A stretch of 64,000 bases of DNA from positions 1,773 to 65,772 of the forward strand of contig JABCZU010000006.1 of the NCBI GenBank assembly GCA_013289515.1. The letters run 5' to 3'. The notes below the pieces were generated by a model. The model had not been told where the DNA came from. It ran no database searches and worked only from the letters and a program-made list of their open reading frames with translations. Position 1 is the stretch's first letter, and each line of letters opens with the position of its first letter. Origin of the DNA: Candidatus Babelota bacterium. GTDB lineage: Bacteria > Babelota > Babeliae > Babelales > RVW-14. Positions 49,611 through 63,946 of the stretch are shown here, piece by piece. The translations under genes and the position numbers were made by a program.

Positions 49611-50831
49611 ATGTTTTTACGTCGATCAACGTTTTTTATTGGAGCGTTATTTTTATTAAGTTTGTCAAAAGAGGCTCGATCATTTGATTATACGGTGAAG
49701 GTGGCGACCGAGGCGGTCTATTCACCACAGGTGTCATTCTGTATCGTTGATTTAAAATATCGCAAAAATAATCTTAAAGTGTGTGAGCTAGGAGAGGGTG
49801 CCTACTCAGGTTTTCATGGACATGAACGGCTCTTTGGCCCTGGCAAAATATGGAGCAATTTTTGGGATTTTCTTGCTTCTTTTAGAACCCCATTTTATTT
49901 TGTTGATCCTTCAAATATTTTTGTCCGCCTACGAGCGCAGCAACAGCACAATGATCAATGGTCAAGTGCTACATTTGCACAACATGGGGGTAGGGTTGTG
50001 CGCTCATTTCAACATCTTGATGACACCATCAATAAGCAAAAAAAACAGTACAAGGCGCAGGCTCTTGGTCAGAGTCTCCTTCCTGACAAAACCACCTTAG
50101 TTATGTTTCATTTGCCTGGCATGCTTTTTAATCAAAGCAATAAGGATAAGATTACACAACTGCGCTACCCCGATACCGTTTTTGTTGATGCAATGACCCA
50201 TCCCTTTGTTTTAAATAAATTACTGACACACAAGCTTTTTATGCAAGACCAAAATCTTGTTAGTTTCAGGCCACAATGCCTGATCCTGCCAACCGGCTAC
50301 ACATCAGACATGGTTAAAAAGATACAAAAAACTATCAAGTCAGATCATTATGTTGTTAAGCCTATAGCCGATACTCATGGCAACGGGATTATGATGATAA
50401 GCAAACAGGAGCTTGGTCAAACGCTTCAAAAAATGTTTTGTCGTGGCTATTCATACGATCGTGACCCTCTCATTGCCTATTGGCAAAAAAGTAGGGCCGG
50501 TTCCTTTTTAGTTGAGTCACATGAATCCTCAGATCCCATTGAAGTTGGTGATAAGCATTATGACGCCACCATGCGCGTTGCCTTTGGCATTTATTATAGT
50601 GAGGGGACGGTAGGCATCTCATTTTTGGGGGCCTATTGGAAGCTGCCCAGCCTTGCCCTGGAAGATACTGGCCCGTTAACTAAAAAATTAAAATCGCGCA
50701 TTGCACATGGCACCAAATGTTCTGCAAAGGTTGCTCCGGCTGTGTATAATGAGGTGAAGGCTATCTTGTCTGCCATGTTGCCGCCGCTGTTTATTAAAAT
50801 GATTGAGGATAGGCATAGCAAGCCACGGTAA
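49611..50831 (+). CDS. Secreted ATP-grasp-like protein, apparently circularly permuted
   Basis: NKLLT, YVVKP...HGNGI, FLVE, MRV; N-terminal IVDLK...VCELGEG..SG. Confidence 0.55.
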   Translation: MFLRRSTFFIGALFLLSLSKEARSFDYTVKVATEAVYSPQVSFCIVDLKYRKNNLKVCELGEGAYSGFHGHERLFGPGKIWSNFWDFLASFRTPFYFVDPSNIFVRLRAQQQHNDQWSSATFAQHGGRVVRSFQHLDDTINKQKKQYKAQALGQSLLPDKTTLVMFHLPGMLFNQSNKDKITQLRYPDTVFVDAMTHPFVLNKLLTHKLFMQDQNLVSFRPQCLILPTGYTSDMVKKIQKTIKSDHYVVKPIADTHGNGIMMISKQELGQTLQKMFCRGYSYDRDPLIAYWQKSRAGSFLVESHESSDPIEVGDKHYDATMRVAFGIYYSEGTVGISFLGAYWKLPSLALEDTGPLTKKLKSRIAHGTKCSAKVAPAVYNEVKAILSAMLPPLFIKMIEDRHSKPR

Positions 50832-50847
50832 TACAGGAGATATCAGT

Positions 50848-52077
50848 ATGATACGTACAACAAAGATAGCCATCCTTATGGCCGCTGGAATAACGGCGCC
50901 TGCCTTACCGGTAACCCAGGCCGCCAAAAAGCTCAAGGTCCTGGTCGTAAATGAAACGCTTGGCAAAACAGGTATTAGTGTTTTTTCTGATAATGTATAC
51001 AAACAACTGATTCGTAATAACATACCGGCCATAGCGCTTATCGCTGAAAAGAATAATGCTCTGCGTGCCGAGTACGACGCATTAAAGCTGCCGTACCACA
51101 CATTCCCCTGCACTAAGCGACAAGCCCACGGATTGTTGATCAAACAATTGGCTACAATTATGCAGACCATTTGTACTAAAGAAAATATTACCATCATTCA
51201 CGGCAATAATCACATCTTTAACCCTGAGGGCATGGCTGCGGCAAAATTGGTAGCAAAAAAAATACCGGTCAAAGTGGTGGCAACCATACATTCCGAACCG
51301 GATTGCTGCAAAGTGCCGTTTAAAGGGCTTGATGGAGTTATATCGATTGGCCCTGCGGTGGGACGTCTTGCTGATAGCATTGATACAAAAGAAAAGACTG
51401 GCGTGCACCACCGCATGTGGATTGCACCCTTCTTTGATCAAGAGCGTTTCTTATCATTTGTGCCGACACAGCGTGAGACACGAAGGCAGTTTTTTAAAAA
51501 TACTTTTAACATCGTCCTTAGCGATGATGTTCCCGTCATTAGCATGGTGGCACAATTTTATAAGACGCCTACATTTAAAAATCATGATCTTTTGTTACGT
51601 GCCTTGCACAAGCTTGTGTATGTATTAAAAAAACCGGCGTACGTTATTTTCGCAGGGGCTGGCGTTAGTCTGGCTGCCAAACAACAATTAAGCCGCGAGC
51701 TAGATTTATCACAGCATGTTTTTTTTGTTGGGCAAACCGATCAGGTTCCGGCATTACTCTACCATTCGGATATATGTGCCCTTACCGGCAAGTCAGAAGC
51801 TTTTGGTATTGCACTACTGGAAGCAGCGTTGATGCAAAAGCCGTTGATCGGTACACGTGGTACCGGCATGGAAGCGCTGGTTAGGCATGGCCACACCGGC
51901 CTTCTGTTTGAGTCGGGCAATGTTGATGATCTCACCAAGCAGATCGTAACGTTGCTTGATGATGCCGTCTTGAGAAAAAAGCTTGGCCAGCAGGCGCACG
52001 CGTATGCTCGTGATCATTTTTCCGCTGATGCGGTTTTCAAAAAACTTGTGGCATTCTATGACAGGGTGCTTGGGTAA
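50848..52077 (+). CDS. GT4-family glycosyltransferase with signal peptide
   Basis: KNHDLLL.A, FAGAG, EAFGIALLEA, GHTGLLF; RBS aggag before ATG 50848. Confidence 0.85.
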   Translation: MIRTTKIAILMAAGITAPALPVTQAAKKLKVLVVNETLGKTGISVFSDNVYKQLIRNNIPAIALIAEKNNALRAEYDALKLPYHTFPCTKRQAHGLLIKQLATIMQTICTKENITIIHGNNHIFNPEGMAAAKLVAKKIPVKVVATIHSEPDCCKVPFKGLDGVISIGPAVGRLADSIDTKEKTGVHHRMWIAPFFDQERFLSFVPTQRETRRQFFKNTFNIVLSDDVPVISMVAQFYKTPTFKNHDLLLRALHKLVYVLKKPAYVIFAGAGVSLAAKQQLSRELDLSQHVFFVGQTDQVPALLYHSDICALTGKSEAFGIALLEAALMQKPLIGTRGTGMEALVRHGHTGLLFESGNVDDLTKQIVTLLDDAVLRKKLGQQAHAYARDHFSADAVFKKLVAFYDRVLG

Positions 52078-52154
52078 CTCACGTTGGCAAGATTACTACT
52101 GCATTCGCCTATTTTATGCTACAATGCGCAGTGATTAACGCGCAAAGGAATGCA

Positions 52155-54155
52155 ATGTACGCCCAAGTATTACTTCTCAACGGCTTTGAAAAACCTTTCT
52201 GGTATAAGGTACCGGCTCGTCTTTCTACTGCCATGCATGAAGGCTGCCTGGTCTCAGTACCATTGCAAAAACGTTACGAAGCGGCATTGGTAACAAATTT
52301 ATTCGATGCACTCCCTGCCGGTACCACATTTGCAATTAAAGAAATTAGTGACCTTGGGCCATTTCCGGGCGACCAACATTATCATGCCTTTGTACAAACC
52401 ATAGCTCGATTCTATTTTTTACAGCCCATCTATTTTTATCAACGCATACGCCATTTTTTAAAAGAACGCCACAATGTTGTGCAGGATGTTGATGTTGTAC
52501 CTGGTGCTGTAGTCAACAATGCATCATATGACACGATCAGTCTAACTGATGAGCAGCAGGCAGTGGTCGATTATCTCTCGCCATTAATCACCACACCGAG
52601 GTTTGCCCCCACTCTCTTGCACGGTGTAACCGGCTCGGGTAAAACAGAGGTGTACAAACGGCTGATCCGTGATGCTATCGCACAAAAAAAGACAGCGCTG
52701 CTGATGCTGCCCGAAGTTACGTTGGCCATGCAGTTTGAACTGCTCTTAAAGCAACAGATGCCTGAGGTGGTTATTATCAGTTTTCACTCAGCAACCAAAC
52801 TGACAGAAAAACGTGAACTATGGCAACGGCTGATGAAGCAAGAGCCATTTCTAATTATTGGTGTGCACCTGCCTATCGTGCTGCCAATTGCCAATTTAGG
52901 GCTGATCATTATTGATGAAGAGCATGAGCGTGGCTTTCAGGAAAAAAAGCATCCAAAGATGAACAGTAAAGAGATTGCACTCTGGCGTGCGCAGCGGTAT
53001 GGTATACCTATCCTGCTTGGCTCAGCAACGCCCTGCTTAAACTCACTGTATAATGTTAAGTACCATGGCTGGCGGCAGTTTTCTATCACCAAACGTTTTG
53101 CCGGCGTCTTGCCTGCGATCCAGAAAGTTATTTTAACGCAAGACAAAATGCGTCGCAAAGCCTTTTGGGTTAGCAGAAGTTTAGAGGCGGCAATCTGGGA
53201 CCGGCTTGCTAAAAAAGAACAGATTATTATCTTTCTTAATCGCCGAGGCTACAGCTTTTTTATGCAATGCAAAGAATGCGGTTTTATTTTTCAGTGTCCG
53301 TCATGTTCGGTGAGCTTGACGTTGCACATAGGCGCCGCGCCCGGTAGTAAAAGTTTATTGCGCTGCCATTATTGTGATTATCATACGCCAATGCCATATG
53401 CGTGTGCAGGTTGCAAGGCCCCGGAAAGTGCGTTGATCAAAAAGGGCATTGGTACTCAGCAAGTAGTTCAGCTCTTCCAAGAATTATTCCCACTGGCGGT
53501 TATAGAGCGTGCTGACTTGGACTCCACCAGCAAAAAACGATCGTGGAAAAAGACCGTCGAGCTCTTTAAAGCGGGCAAAATCGATATGCTCATCGGTACG
53601 CAGACAATCACCAAAGGCTACCACTTCCCTAAGGTAACGTTGGTTGGCGTCTTGTGGGCTGACCTTAATTTGCATTTTCCTTTTTATAATGCCGGTGAGA
53701 TTGCGTTGCAACAAATTATCCAAGTTGCCGGACGTGCTGGACGTGACTGTGCTGGCGGCAAAGTGATTGTGCAAGCGGTCAAAGATCATCCAATCTTTGA
53801 TTATCTAGACGAACAGCGCTATTTGACGTTTTGCGAAAATGAAATGGTGATGCGCGAAGAATCTTTTTATCCGCCATTCGCGCGGCTGGCAATGCTTGAA
53901 TTCAAATACACCGATGTTGGCCAGATTGACGTTGATGCCCAAGCGGTGGCAACAGCGCTTCATCAGCTTAATGACCAGACAGGCGAGCATGTTACTATTT
54001 TAGGTCCCGCCTATCCGGTGGTTCACCGTATTCAAAATTACGAAATTAGACATATTGTGCTCAAGGCCGCAACTTTCAAGCAACTGCATCAATTGCTCTC
54101 GGCGGCCCAGAAGGTTGCTATTATGAGCGATATGTTTATTGTTAGCAGCCAATAG
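52155..54155 (+). CDS. priA: Primosomal protein N' (replication restart helicase)
   Basis: LLHGVTGSGKTEVY, IIIDEEH, LGSATP, LNRRGY, four CxxC pairs, GTQTITKG.HF, QVAGRAGR, YPPF. Confidence 0.95.
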   Translation: MYAQVLLLNGFEKPFWYKVPARLSTAMHEGCLVSVPLQKRYEAALVTNLFDALPAGTTFAIKEISDLGPFPGDQHYHAFVQTIARFYFLQPIYFYQRIRHFLKERHNVVQDVDVVPGAVVNNASYDTISLTDEQQAVVDYLSPLITTPRFAPTLLHGVTGSGKTEVYKRLIRDAIAQKKTALLMLPEVTLAMQFELLLKQQMPEVVIISFHSATKLTEKRELWQRLMKQEPFLIIGVHLPIVLPIANLGLIIIDEEHERGFQEKKHPKMNSKEIALWRAQRYGIPILLGSATPCLNSLYNVKYHGWRQFSITKRFAGVLPAIQKVILTQDKMRRKAFWVSRSLEAAIWDRLAKKEQIIIFLNRRGYSFFMQCKECGFIFQCPSCSVSLTLHIGAAPGSKSLLRCHYCDYHTPMPYACAGCKAPESALIKKGIGTQQVVQLFQELFPLAVIERADLDSTSKKRSWKKTVELFKAGKIDMLIGTQTITKGYHFPKVTLVGVLWADLNLHFPFYNAGEIALQQIIQVAGRAGRDCAGGKVIVQAVKDHPIFDYLDEQRYLTFCENEMVMREESFYPPFARLAMLEFKYTDVGQIDVDAQAVATALHQLNDQTGEHVTILGPAYPVVHRIQNYEIRHIVLKAATFKQLHQLLSAAQKVAIMSDMFIVSSQ

Positions 54156-54304
54156 GTGACAGGACGCGGTCCCTAGCCCTGTAAGCGCCAAATGGTAGTG
54201 AGTTCAATTTTGTATAATTCTTGTCAACCAAGATACTAATCTGCTTAAGTTAACTGTGATTAGTGCGTTAAACCTATTACCATTTTATTATCAAAGGAGT
54301 TTGT

Positions 54305-55150
54305 ATGACAATGCGTTGCTTAGTGAACAGCCTGTTGCTCGTCTTGGCGCTGCATAATGGTCTGTTGGGTCTTGCCAGGCCTGAAGGATATGTGCACATT
54401 GATTGTACCCTAAGACCTATTGTTCCAAAATCGGAACGTATTTCACATCCGCACATACCGGCAACACCGGGTAAAGCGATCCCAAAAAATCAGGCGGTTA
54501 GTACCAACTGGAGTGGGTATGTTGCTGCAAACAATCTGAACAATCCGGCACAAAACTCTGTGACCAGCGTCTCTGGATCCTGGATAGTGCCATCAGTTAA
54601 ATCTTCTAATAATAATACCTACTGCGCAATTTGGATTGGTATTGATGGGTATGCTAGCTCAACGGTTGAACAATTAGGTACAGCTCATGATTGTATCAAT
54701 GGCCAGGTACAACATTATGCATGGATTGAAATGTATCCAGGTGGTAGTTACGGGATCAACGGCTTTCCCGTTAATCCTGGCGATGTCATTAGTTCTAGCA
54801 TAGTATATTCGGGCAACAATGTTTTTACTATGCAGTTGAATAACGATACTCAAAAAGTTTTCTTTACGGTGCCAACCAGCTACACAACCTCGGCAAGTGC
54901 GCTGAGAAATTCGGCTGAGTGGATTGTAGAAGCTCCTTACCTTAATGGCATACTGCCACTAAGTAACTTTGTGACCGCCTATTTGTGGGGTTGCAACGCA
55001 ACAATAAACGATGCTTTAAGGGCATTGAGTAATACTTCCTGGCAGAGTGCGTCGCTTGAGATGATAACAAATAATAGTTTACCAAAGGCGATACCGTCTA
55101 CCATCTTACAAGATGAAGGATCATTCTTTGTTACATGGCGACATCAATAG
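54305..55150 (+). CDS. Secreted G1-family glutamic peptidase (eqolisin)
   Basis: STNWSGY, WIGIDG, EQLGT (catalytic Gln), AWIE.YP, SAEWIVE (catalytic Glu); signal and propeptide. Confidence 0.88.
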   Translation: MTMRCLVNSLLLVLALHNGLLGLARPEGYVHIDCTLRPIVPKSERISHPHIPATPGKAIPKNQAVSTNWSGYVAANNLNNPAQNSVTSVSGSWIVPSVKSSNNNTYCAIWIGIDGYASSTVEQLGTAHDCINGQVQHYAWIEMYPGGSYGINGFPVNPGDVISSSIVYSGNNVFTMQLNNDTQKVFFTVPTSYTTSASALRNSAEWIVEAPYLNGILPLSNFVTAYLWGCNATINDALRALSNTSWQSASLEMITNNSLPKAIPSTILQDEGSFFVTWRHQ

Positions 55151-55185
55151 ATGATTCATCAAGAAATAAAGAATCGATAGCAAGA

Positions 55186-55219
55186 GAGAAGGGCTTTGTC
55201 TCAATACAAAGCCCTTCTC
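55186..55219. terminator. Hairpin between convergent genes
   Basis: gagaagggctttgt...acaaagcccttctc. Confidence 0.65.
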
Positions 55220-55242
55220 GTTATTCATTGCTAAAAAATATA

Positions 55243-55419
55243 TCAATCAAGAGGCTTTTTGCCAGAAAGAATTTTCATCACAATGGAAATAGCCAATAAC
55301 GCTAAAAAGATATAAAAAAGAATTACGGCTATGCCAGCAGCTTCTGCTGCAATGCCGGTAAAACCGAAAACTCCTGCAAGCATTGCAAGAACTAAAAAAA
55401 CAACTACCCAATCCAACAT
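55243..55419 (-). CDS. DUF1328 (UPF0391) small membrane protein, 58 aa, absent from the ORF track
   Basis: Manual translation [58 protein letters not shown]; RBS gagg upstream. Confidence 0.85.
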   Translation of the reverse strand: MLDWVVVFLVLAMLAGVFGFTGIAAEAAGIAVILFYIFLALLAISIVMKILSGKKPLD

Positions 55420-55647
55420 AGCGTTTCCTCTCTTTTAGACTGATTCCTTCAATGGATAATGTAACTGTTTGCTACACCATTTCACCATAGAAAAAATGGT
55501 GTCATAGGGTCAAGGATGCTTAAATCTTGTACAATCACCCTGACTGTTTGCTACCATAGCACATGTTGAAGGCACCTCATTAAAAATTATTTAGCTTGGT
55601 ATTGAGCTACCATTGTGAATATATTTTTTAACAACAAAAAGGGTTTT

Positions 55648-57663
55648 ATGAAATACATATTTTTACGCAAGCAGGGATTGAAAGCGAACCTGTTTGTCTT
55701 CTTGTGCGGAGCGGCATCTGGATATTTGCAGGGGGAACAGAAGAGCCGTCAGCCAGGCCAAGTGTGTCGAACCATTCAGGGGGTTGTCTATTATGGCCAG
55801 AAGGCTATGTGTGAAACCACCCAAAGCATCATGCTGCGCCAAAAGGCGTATGCAGCACAGATGATCAAAAAGGTGGTACGCAATAGACCACGTGTACGGC
55901 GGTCTGAACACTCACTGACGCATAACCCTCTGTCACCAAAGATTGCACAATTTTGTGTCCTCGCCAACCAAGCACCTCAAAGCGATAGAACGCGTATTTC
56001 ATTAGAGCCAAGAAAGGCACTAGCTTTTACTGCTGCCAGATTTGGTACCGATTCGTTTGACTTTCCTCCCGATTCTATGGGGGGCATTGGGCCTGATCGG
56101 TTTGTTATGACCATTAATGGACTGTTTAAAAGTTTCAACAAGACAACAGGCAAGGCTGATGGTGTTTTAGATGTAGATCCTGATGTTTTTTTCTCATCAG
56201 TAGCTAACAATAGTGGTACCAGTGATCCTCGCATTCGTTATGATAGATTCAGCAAGCGCTGGTTTATTGTAATGATTAATGTAGAGACCAGCAATAATCG
56301 CATTATGATTGCTGTCAGCGATAGTGGAACGATTACATCCAATACTGCGTGGCATTTTTACTTTATTCCTGCGGGAGATAATACCTTTTTAGATTACCCA
56401 ACGCTTGGCATCGATGCTCATGCCCTCTATATAGGGGGTGTGACATTTCCTGGCGATGCGACCACTGAATCATCTGATACTGGAGAGGTTTTTGTTGTTA
56501 ACAAAAATTCACTGTTAACCGGCGGACCTATTATGTTTACGGGCTTTCACAATTTGATTGATCCAAATACTGGGGTTGGCCCATTTGCCCCACAGGGTGT
56601 AGATAATTTTGATGCTGGAGCCACCAATGGTTATTTTGTAGCGGTGGATAATGCAAGCTTTGGTTTGTTAGACATTCTTCAAATTTCCAATCCGGCAGGC
56701 TCTCCTGCTATTGCCCATGAATTTGCACTTACCGTGCCTGATACGGCATATCCATTACCGGTACCGCATAAGGGAAATAACAATCCACGATATGGCACAT
56801 TAGATGCGCTTGATGATCGGCTTTTTGATGCGCATATTAGAAATGGTGTGTTATGGACGGTGCATAATGTTGGGGTGGATAATACCGGTGTAAGTTCATC
56901 ATCAGCAATAACGCGTGATGGTGCTCGGTGGTATGCGATTAATCTAAGCCAGGCGACACCACAGCTTGCACAAAGTGGCACTGTATTTACCAAGTCAGCA
57001 TCTAATGATGCACAAGAACGCTTCTACTGGGTTCCCTCCATTATGACAACCGGTGATGGTAGAGTGATACTTGGGTGTAGTTCTGCTGGCATAAAAGAAT
57101 TTGCTAATGCGGCGATAACACAGCGATTTACTTCAGATCCTATCGGCACTATGGAGCCGCCAGTATTATTCACCAATAGTCTGTGGGCGTACAATCCACC
57201 CGATGATCCAGGTGATGCGAATAACCCTCGTCGCTGGGGTGATTATTCATATACCAGTCTTGATCCTGCTGATAATATGACCGTATGGACTGTGCAAGAG
57301 TTTTGTTGCGCAACCAATACATGGGGTGTTACCGTTGCTAAAATAATAGCGCCACCGCCGGCAAAACCGATACAGGTGCAACCATCGCACGTGCGGGTTG
57401 GCCTTGCAACCGCCACACTCAAAATCACTGGACAATCTGTCAGTGGATCCGGGTATTATGACCCAGGCGCCGGCTTTTCAGGTCGATTAAGGGTGCTTAT
57501 CAGTAACGGGGTTATTATAAAAAGTGTTCAGGTAACAAGCAAGACGACCCTTACTGTAACGGTCTCGACGGCGCGGGCAACGCTGGGTGCAGCGACCGTC
57601 ACCATTATTAACCCGGATGGTCAACGAGTACAGGCATCAAATCTTTTTTCCGTAATCGCATAA
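55648..57663 (+). CDS. Secreted beta-rich hypothetical protein with C-terminal Ig/IPT-like domain
   Basis: PPD.MG.IGP, SDPRIRYD....RWF, DYPTLG, RWGDYS; tail TVTIINPDGQ; leader. Confidence 0.65.
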   Translation: MKYIFLRKQGLKANLFVFLCGAASGYLQGEQKSRQPGQVCRTIQGVVYYGQKAMCETTQSIMLRQKAYAAQMIKKVVRNRPRVRRSEHSLTHNPLSPKIAQFCVLANQAPQSDRTRISLEPRKALAFTAARFGTDSFDFPPDSMGGIGPDRFVMTINGLFKSFNKTTGKADGVLDVDPDVFFSSVANNSGTSDPRIRYDRFSKRWFIVMINVETSNNRIMIAVSDSGTITSNTAWHFYFIPAGDNTFLDYPTLGIDAHALYIGGVTFPGDATTESSDTGEVFVVNKNSLLTGGPIMFTGFHNLIDPNTGVGPFAPQGVDNFDAGATNGYFVAVDNASFGLLDILQISNPAGSPAIAHEFALTVPDTAYPLPVPHKGNNNPRYGTLDALDDRLFDAHIRNGVLWTVHNVGVDNTGVSSSSAITRDGARWYAINLSQATPQLAQSGTVFTKSASNDAQERFYWVPSIMTTGDGRVILGCSSAGIKEFANAAITQRFTSDPIGTMEPPVLFTNSLWAYNPPDDPGDANNPRRWGDYSYTSLDPADNMTVWTVQEFCCATNTWGVTVAKIIAPPPAKPIQVQPSHVRVGLATATLKITGQSVSGSGYYDPGAGFSGRLRVLISNGVIIKSVQVTSKTTLTVTVSTARATLGAATVTIINPDGQRVQASNLFSVIA

Positions 57664-57671
57664 ATAAAAAA

Positions 57672-57709
57672 GGCGAGACAATGGGCACAAAAAGGCTCGT
57701 TGTCTCGCC
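57672..57709. terminator. Hairpin between convergent genes
   Basis: ggcgagacaa...ttgtctcgcc flanked by A runs. Confidence 0.6.
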
Positions 57710-57732
57710 GAAAAAACATGATCCTGGCTAGG

Positions 57733-59001
57733 TCAGGCGGCGCAGGCATTTTTTGAAGTGAATAATGCCAGATTTGCGTGTAAATGGGGGGCGTCGGGCT
57801 GTTGTTCTAAGGCCTTCAAAACAGCTTTTTTGCCAAGCTCATAGTCTCCAACGTACCAGGCTGAAATACCTAATAGGTCATACCGCTTATAGTCATACAA
57901 CTCCTTTTCAACAAATAAATGATCCGATTGCGGATACGGCACCTCTACTGCCTTGCAGGCAAATAAAAAACGTGTATTTTGTTCATCGATTTTATCATAG
58001 TGCTGGGCAAGCCTTACGAGTGGCTCAGCACGGCTTGGACGCATGTTCCAAGCATCAAGATATTTACTCAGCGCCATCTCCCACTTGCCTAATTTTTCGT
58101 ATACCTGTGCCAGCCTATAACAGGCCATAAAATTTTCTTCATCCCAACCAGGCATCATAATACGACGTTCATACCATAGGCGAGCATTGGGCAAGTCGTC
58201 TAAACAATCGTATGTTTGTGCCACATAAAATACCGTACGCGGATCAAATGGGTTACGTTGATATTCTTGCAATAATAGCTTAACATCGCGTGACCATCGT
58301 GCTTGTGATTTTTCTTTGCCATAGCGTGAAGGAAGCCATTTGAAATAGACGTCCGGTGACACTTTTTGCTCAGTAACCTGATTAAGCACCTCATGGACAA
58401 CACCAACAAAATGTACATGTGCATGACATCGAATAAGGCGCGGCGAGTAAAAATCAATAGTATTATTGAGAAGTCGCATCAAATAGGCAGTATGCACATC
58501 CTCTTTATGTGACGCACAAAATTGCACCAGTCCCTCAACATTATGAATATACCACTCTGCATCAGGCATAAGCATAAAGCTAGCTTGAGGAAAAGCCTCT
58601 TGGGCACATTGCAGCCCTCGATTGCGTGAGGTTGCAAAATCGACAAATGGTTCCTGTTTAATCACGGCATTATGCACATGCTTATCTTGGAAATATTTTT
58701 TTGTTATCGCAATAGTATCGTCGGTGGAGCCGGTATCAAAAATGAAAAAAGCCAAAGCATTTTTATCAATGTGTGCATCAATAAAAGGCTGCAATGTTTC
58801 TCGGATAACAGCGGCTTCATCCTTTACCATGAGCACAACTACCAGTAGTGGGTCATTGTTATTAGAATGTGTAGTAGGACTGTGCTTTGCTTTGTCATCC
58901 CGGACTTGATCCGGGATCCATTCAATTAGTCCATCCACATTAGATCCGCTTAAAAAGCAGGACATAAAAACAAAAGATATCAATAAAAAATACGTCTTCA
59001 T
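57733..59001 (-). CDS. GT2 + TPR glycosyltransferase with signal peptide
   Basis: MVKDEA..I..TL, DTGSTDDT, F..SRN..L, DAEW, GVVHE, R..FY.AQTY; TPR helices (P.RAEPL..LA). Confidence 0.82.
   Translation of the reverse strand: MKTYFLLISFVFMSCFLSGSNVDGLIEWIPDQVRDDKAKHSPTTHSNNNDPLLVVVLMVKDEAAVIRETLQPFIDAHIDKNALAFFIFDTGSTDDTIAITKKYFQDKHVHNAVIKQEPFVDFATSRNRGLQCAQEAFPQASFMLMPDAEWYIHNVEGLVQFCASHKEDVHTAYLMRLLNNTIDFYSPRLIRCHAHVHFVGVVHEVLNQVTEQKVSPDVYFKWLPSRYGKEKSQARWSRDVKLLLQEYQRNPFDPRTVFYVAQTYDCLDDLPNARLWYERRIMMPGWDEENFMACYRLAQVYEKLGKWEMALSKYLDAWNMRPSRAEPLVRLAQHYDKIDEQNTRFLFACKAVEVPYPQSDHLFVEKELYDYKRYDLLGISAWYVGDYELGKKAVLKALEQQPDAPHLHANLALFTSKNACAA
58894..58920. repeat. RPE-like palindrome within coding sequence (translates as WIPDQVRDD)
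   Basis: gtcatcccggacttgatccgggatcca; relatives at 15070-15097 and 19823-19849. Confidence 0.75.
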
Positions 59002-59095
59002 ATAATTCCTAAATCACTAATTTTTTTTGAACGGGAAGCATTTCTTCTGCGTTCCCAACCTAAGCAAATTTTCCACATAATAGGCAAGAATTTTT

Positions 59096-59132
59096 AAAAA
59101 AAATGCCCATGCATTAATACGAATGCATGGGC
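59096..59132 (-). terminator. Terminator of collagen-like gene
   Basis: gcccatgcatt...aatgcatgggc with a T run on the minus strand; duplicated at 63870-63915. Confidence 0.75.
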
Positions 59133-59153
59133 GTAACGAATCTTTCTATGTGG

Positions 59154-62538
<3,385 letters not shown>

Positions 62539-62620
62539 ATTTTTATCCTTCGTTCTTTTTTTAGCTAGCTTATTACAATAAGAAAAATGTCGTATATTCC
62601 TTTACCATCCTTTCGTTCAT

Positions 62621-62660
62621 AAAAAACCCGGGGTTGATTCATAAGAACCAATCCCGGGTT
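62621..62660 (-). terminator. Terminator hairpin
   Basis: aacccggg...cccgggtt with a T run on the minus strand. Confidence 0.6.
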
Positions 62661-62689
62661 AAAACTTAACAAGCAATAGTCATGTGTTA

Positions 62690-63778
<1,089 letters not shown>

Positions 63779-63869
63779 AAGACTACTCCTCATTAGAAAT
63801 GATAATAATAAGATAAAAATCGATACCACCAACCTAAACAGATTTGCTATGCGATAGGCAAGAATTCTT

Positions 63870-63915
63870 TAAAAAAAATGCCCATGCATTACCACCAGTG
63901 CATGGGCATTTTTTT
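63870..63915. terminator. Bidirectional terminator, paralogous to 59096-59132
   Basis: aaaaaaatgcccatgca...tgcatgggcattttttt. Confidence 0.75.
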
Positions 63916-63946
63916 AAGAATCTCGGCTCGCTGCCGGGTCAAACTT

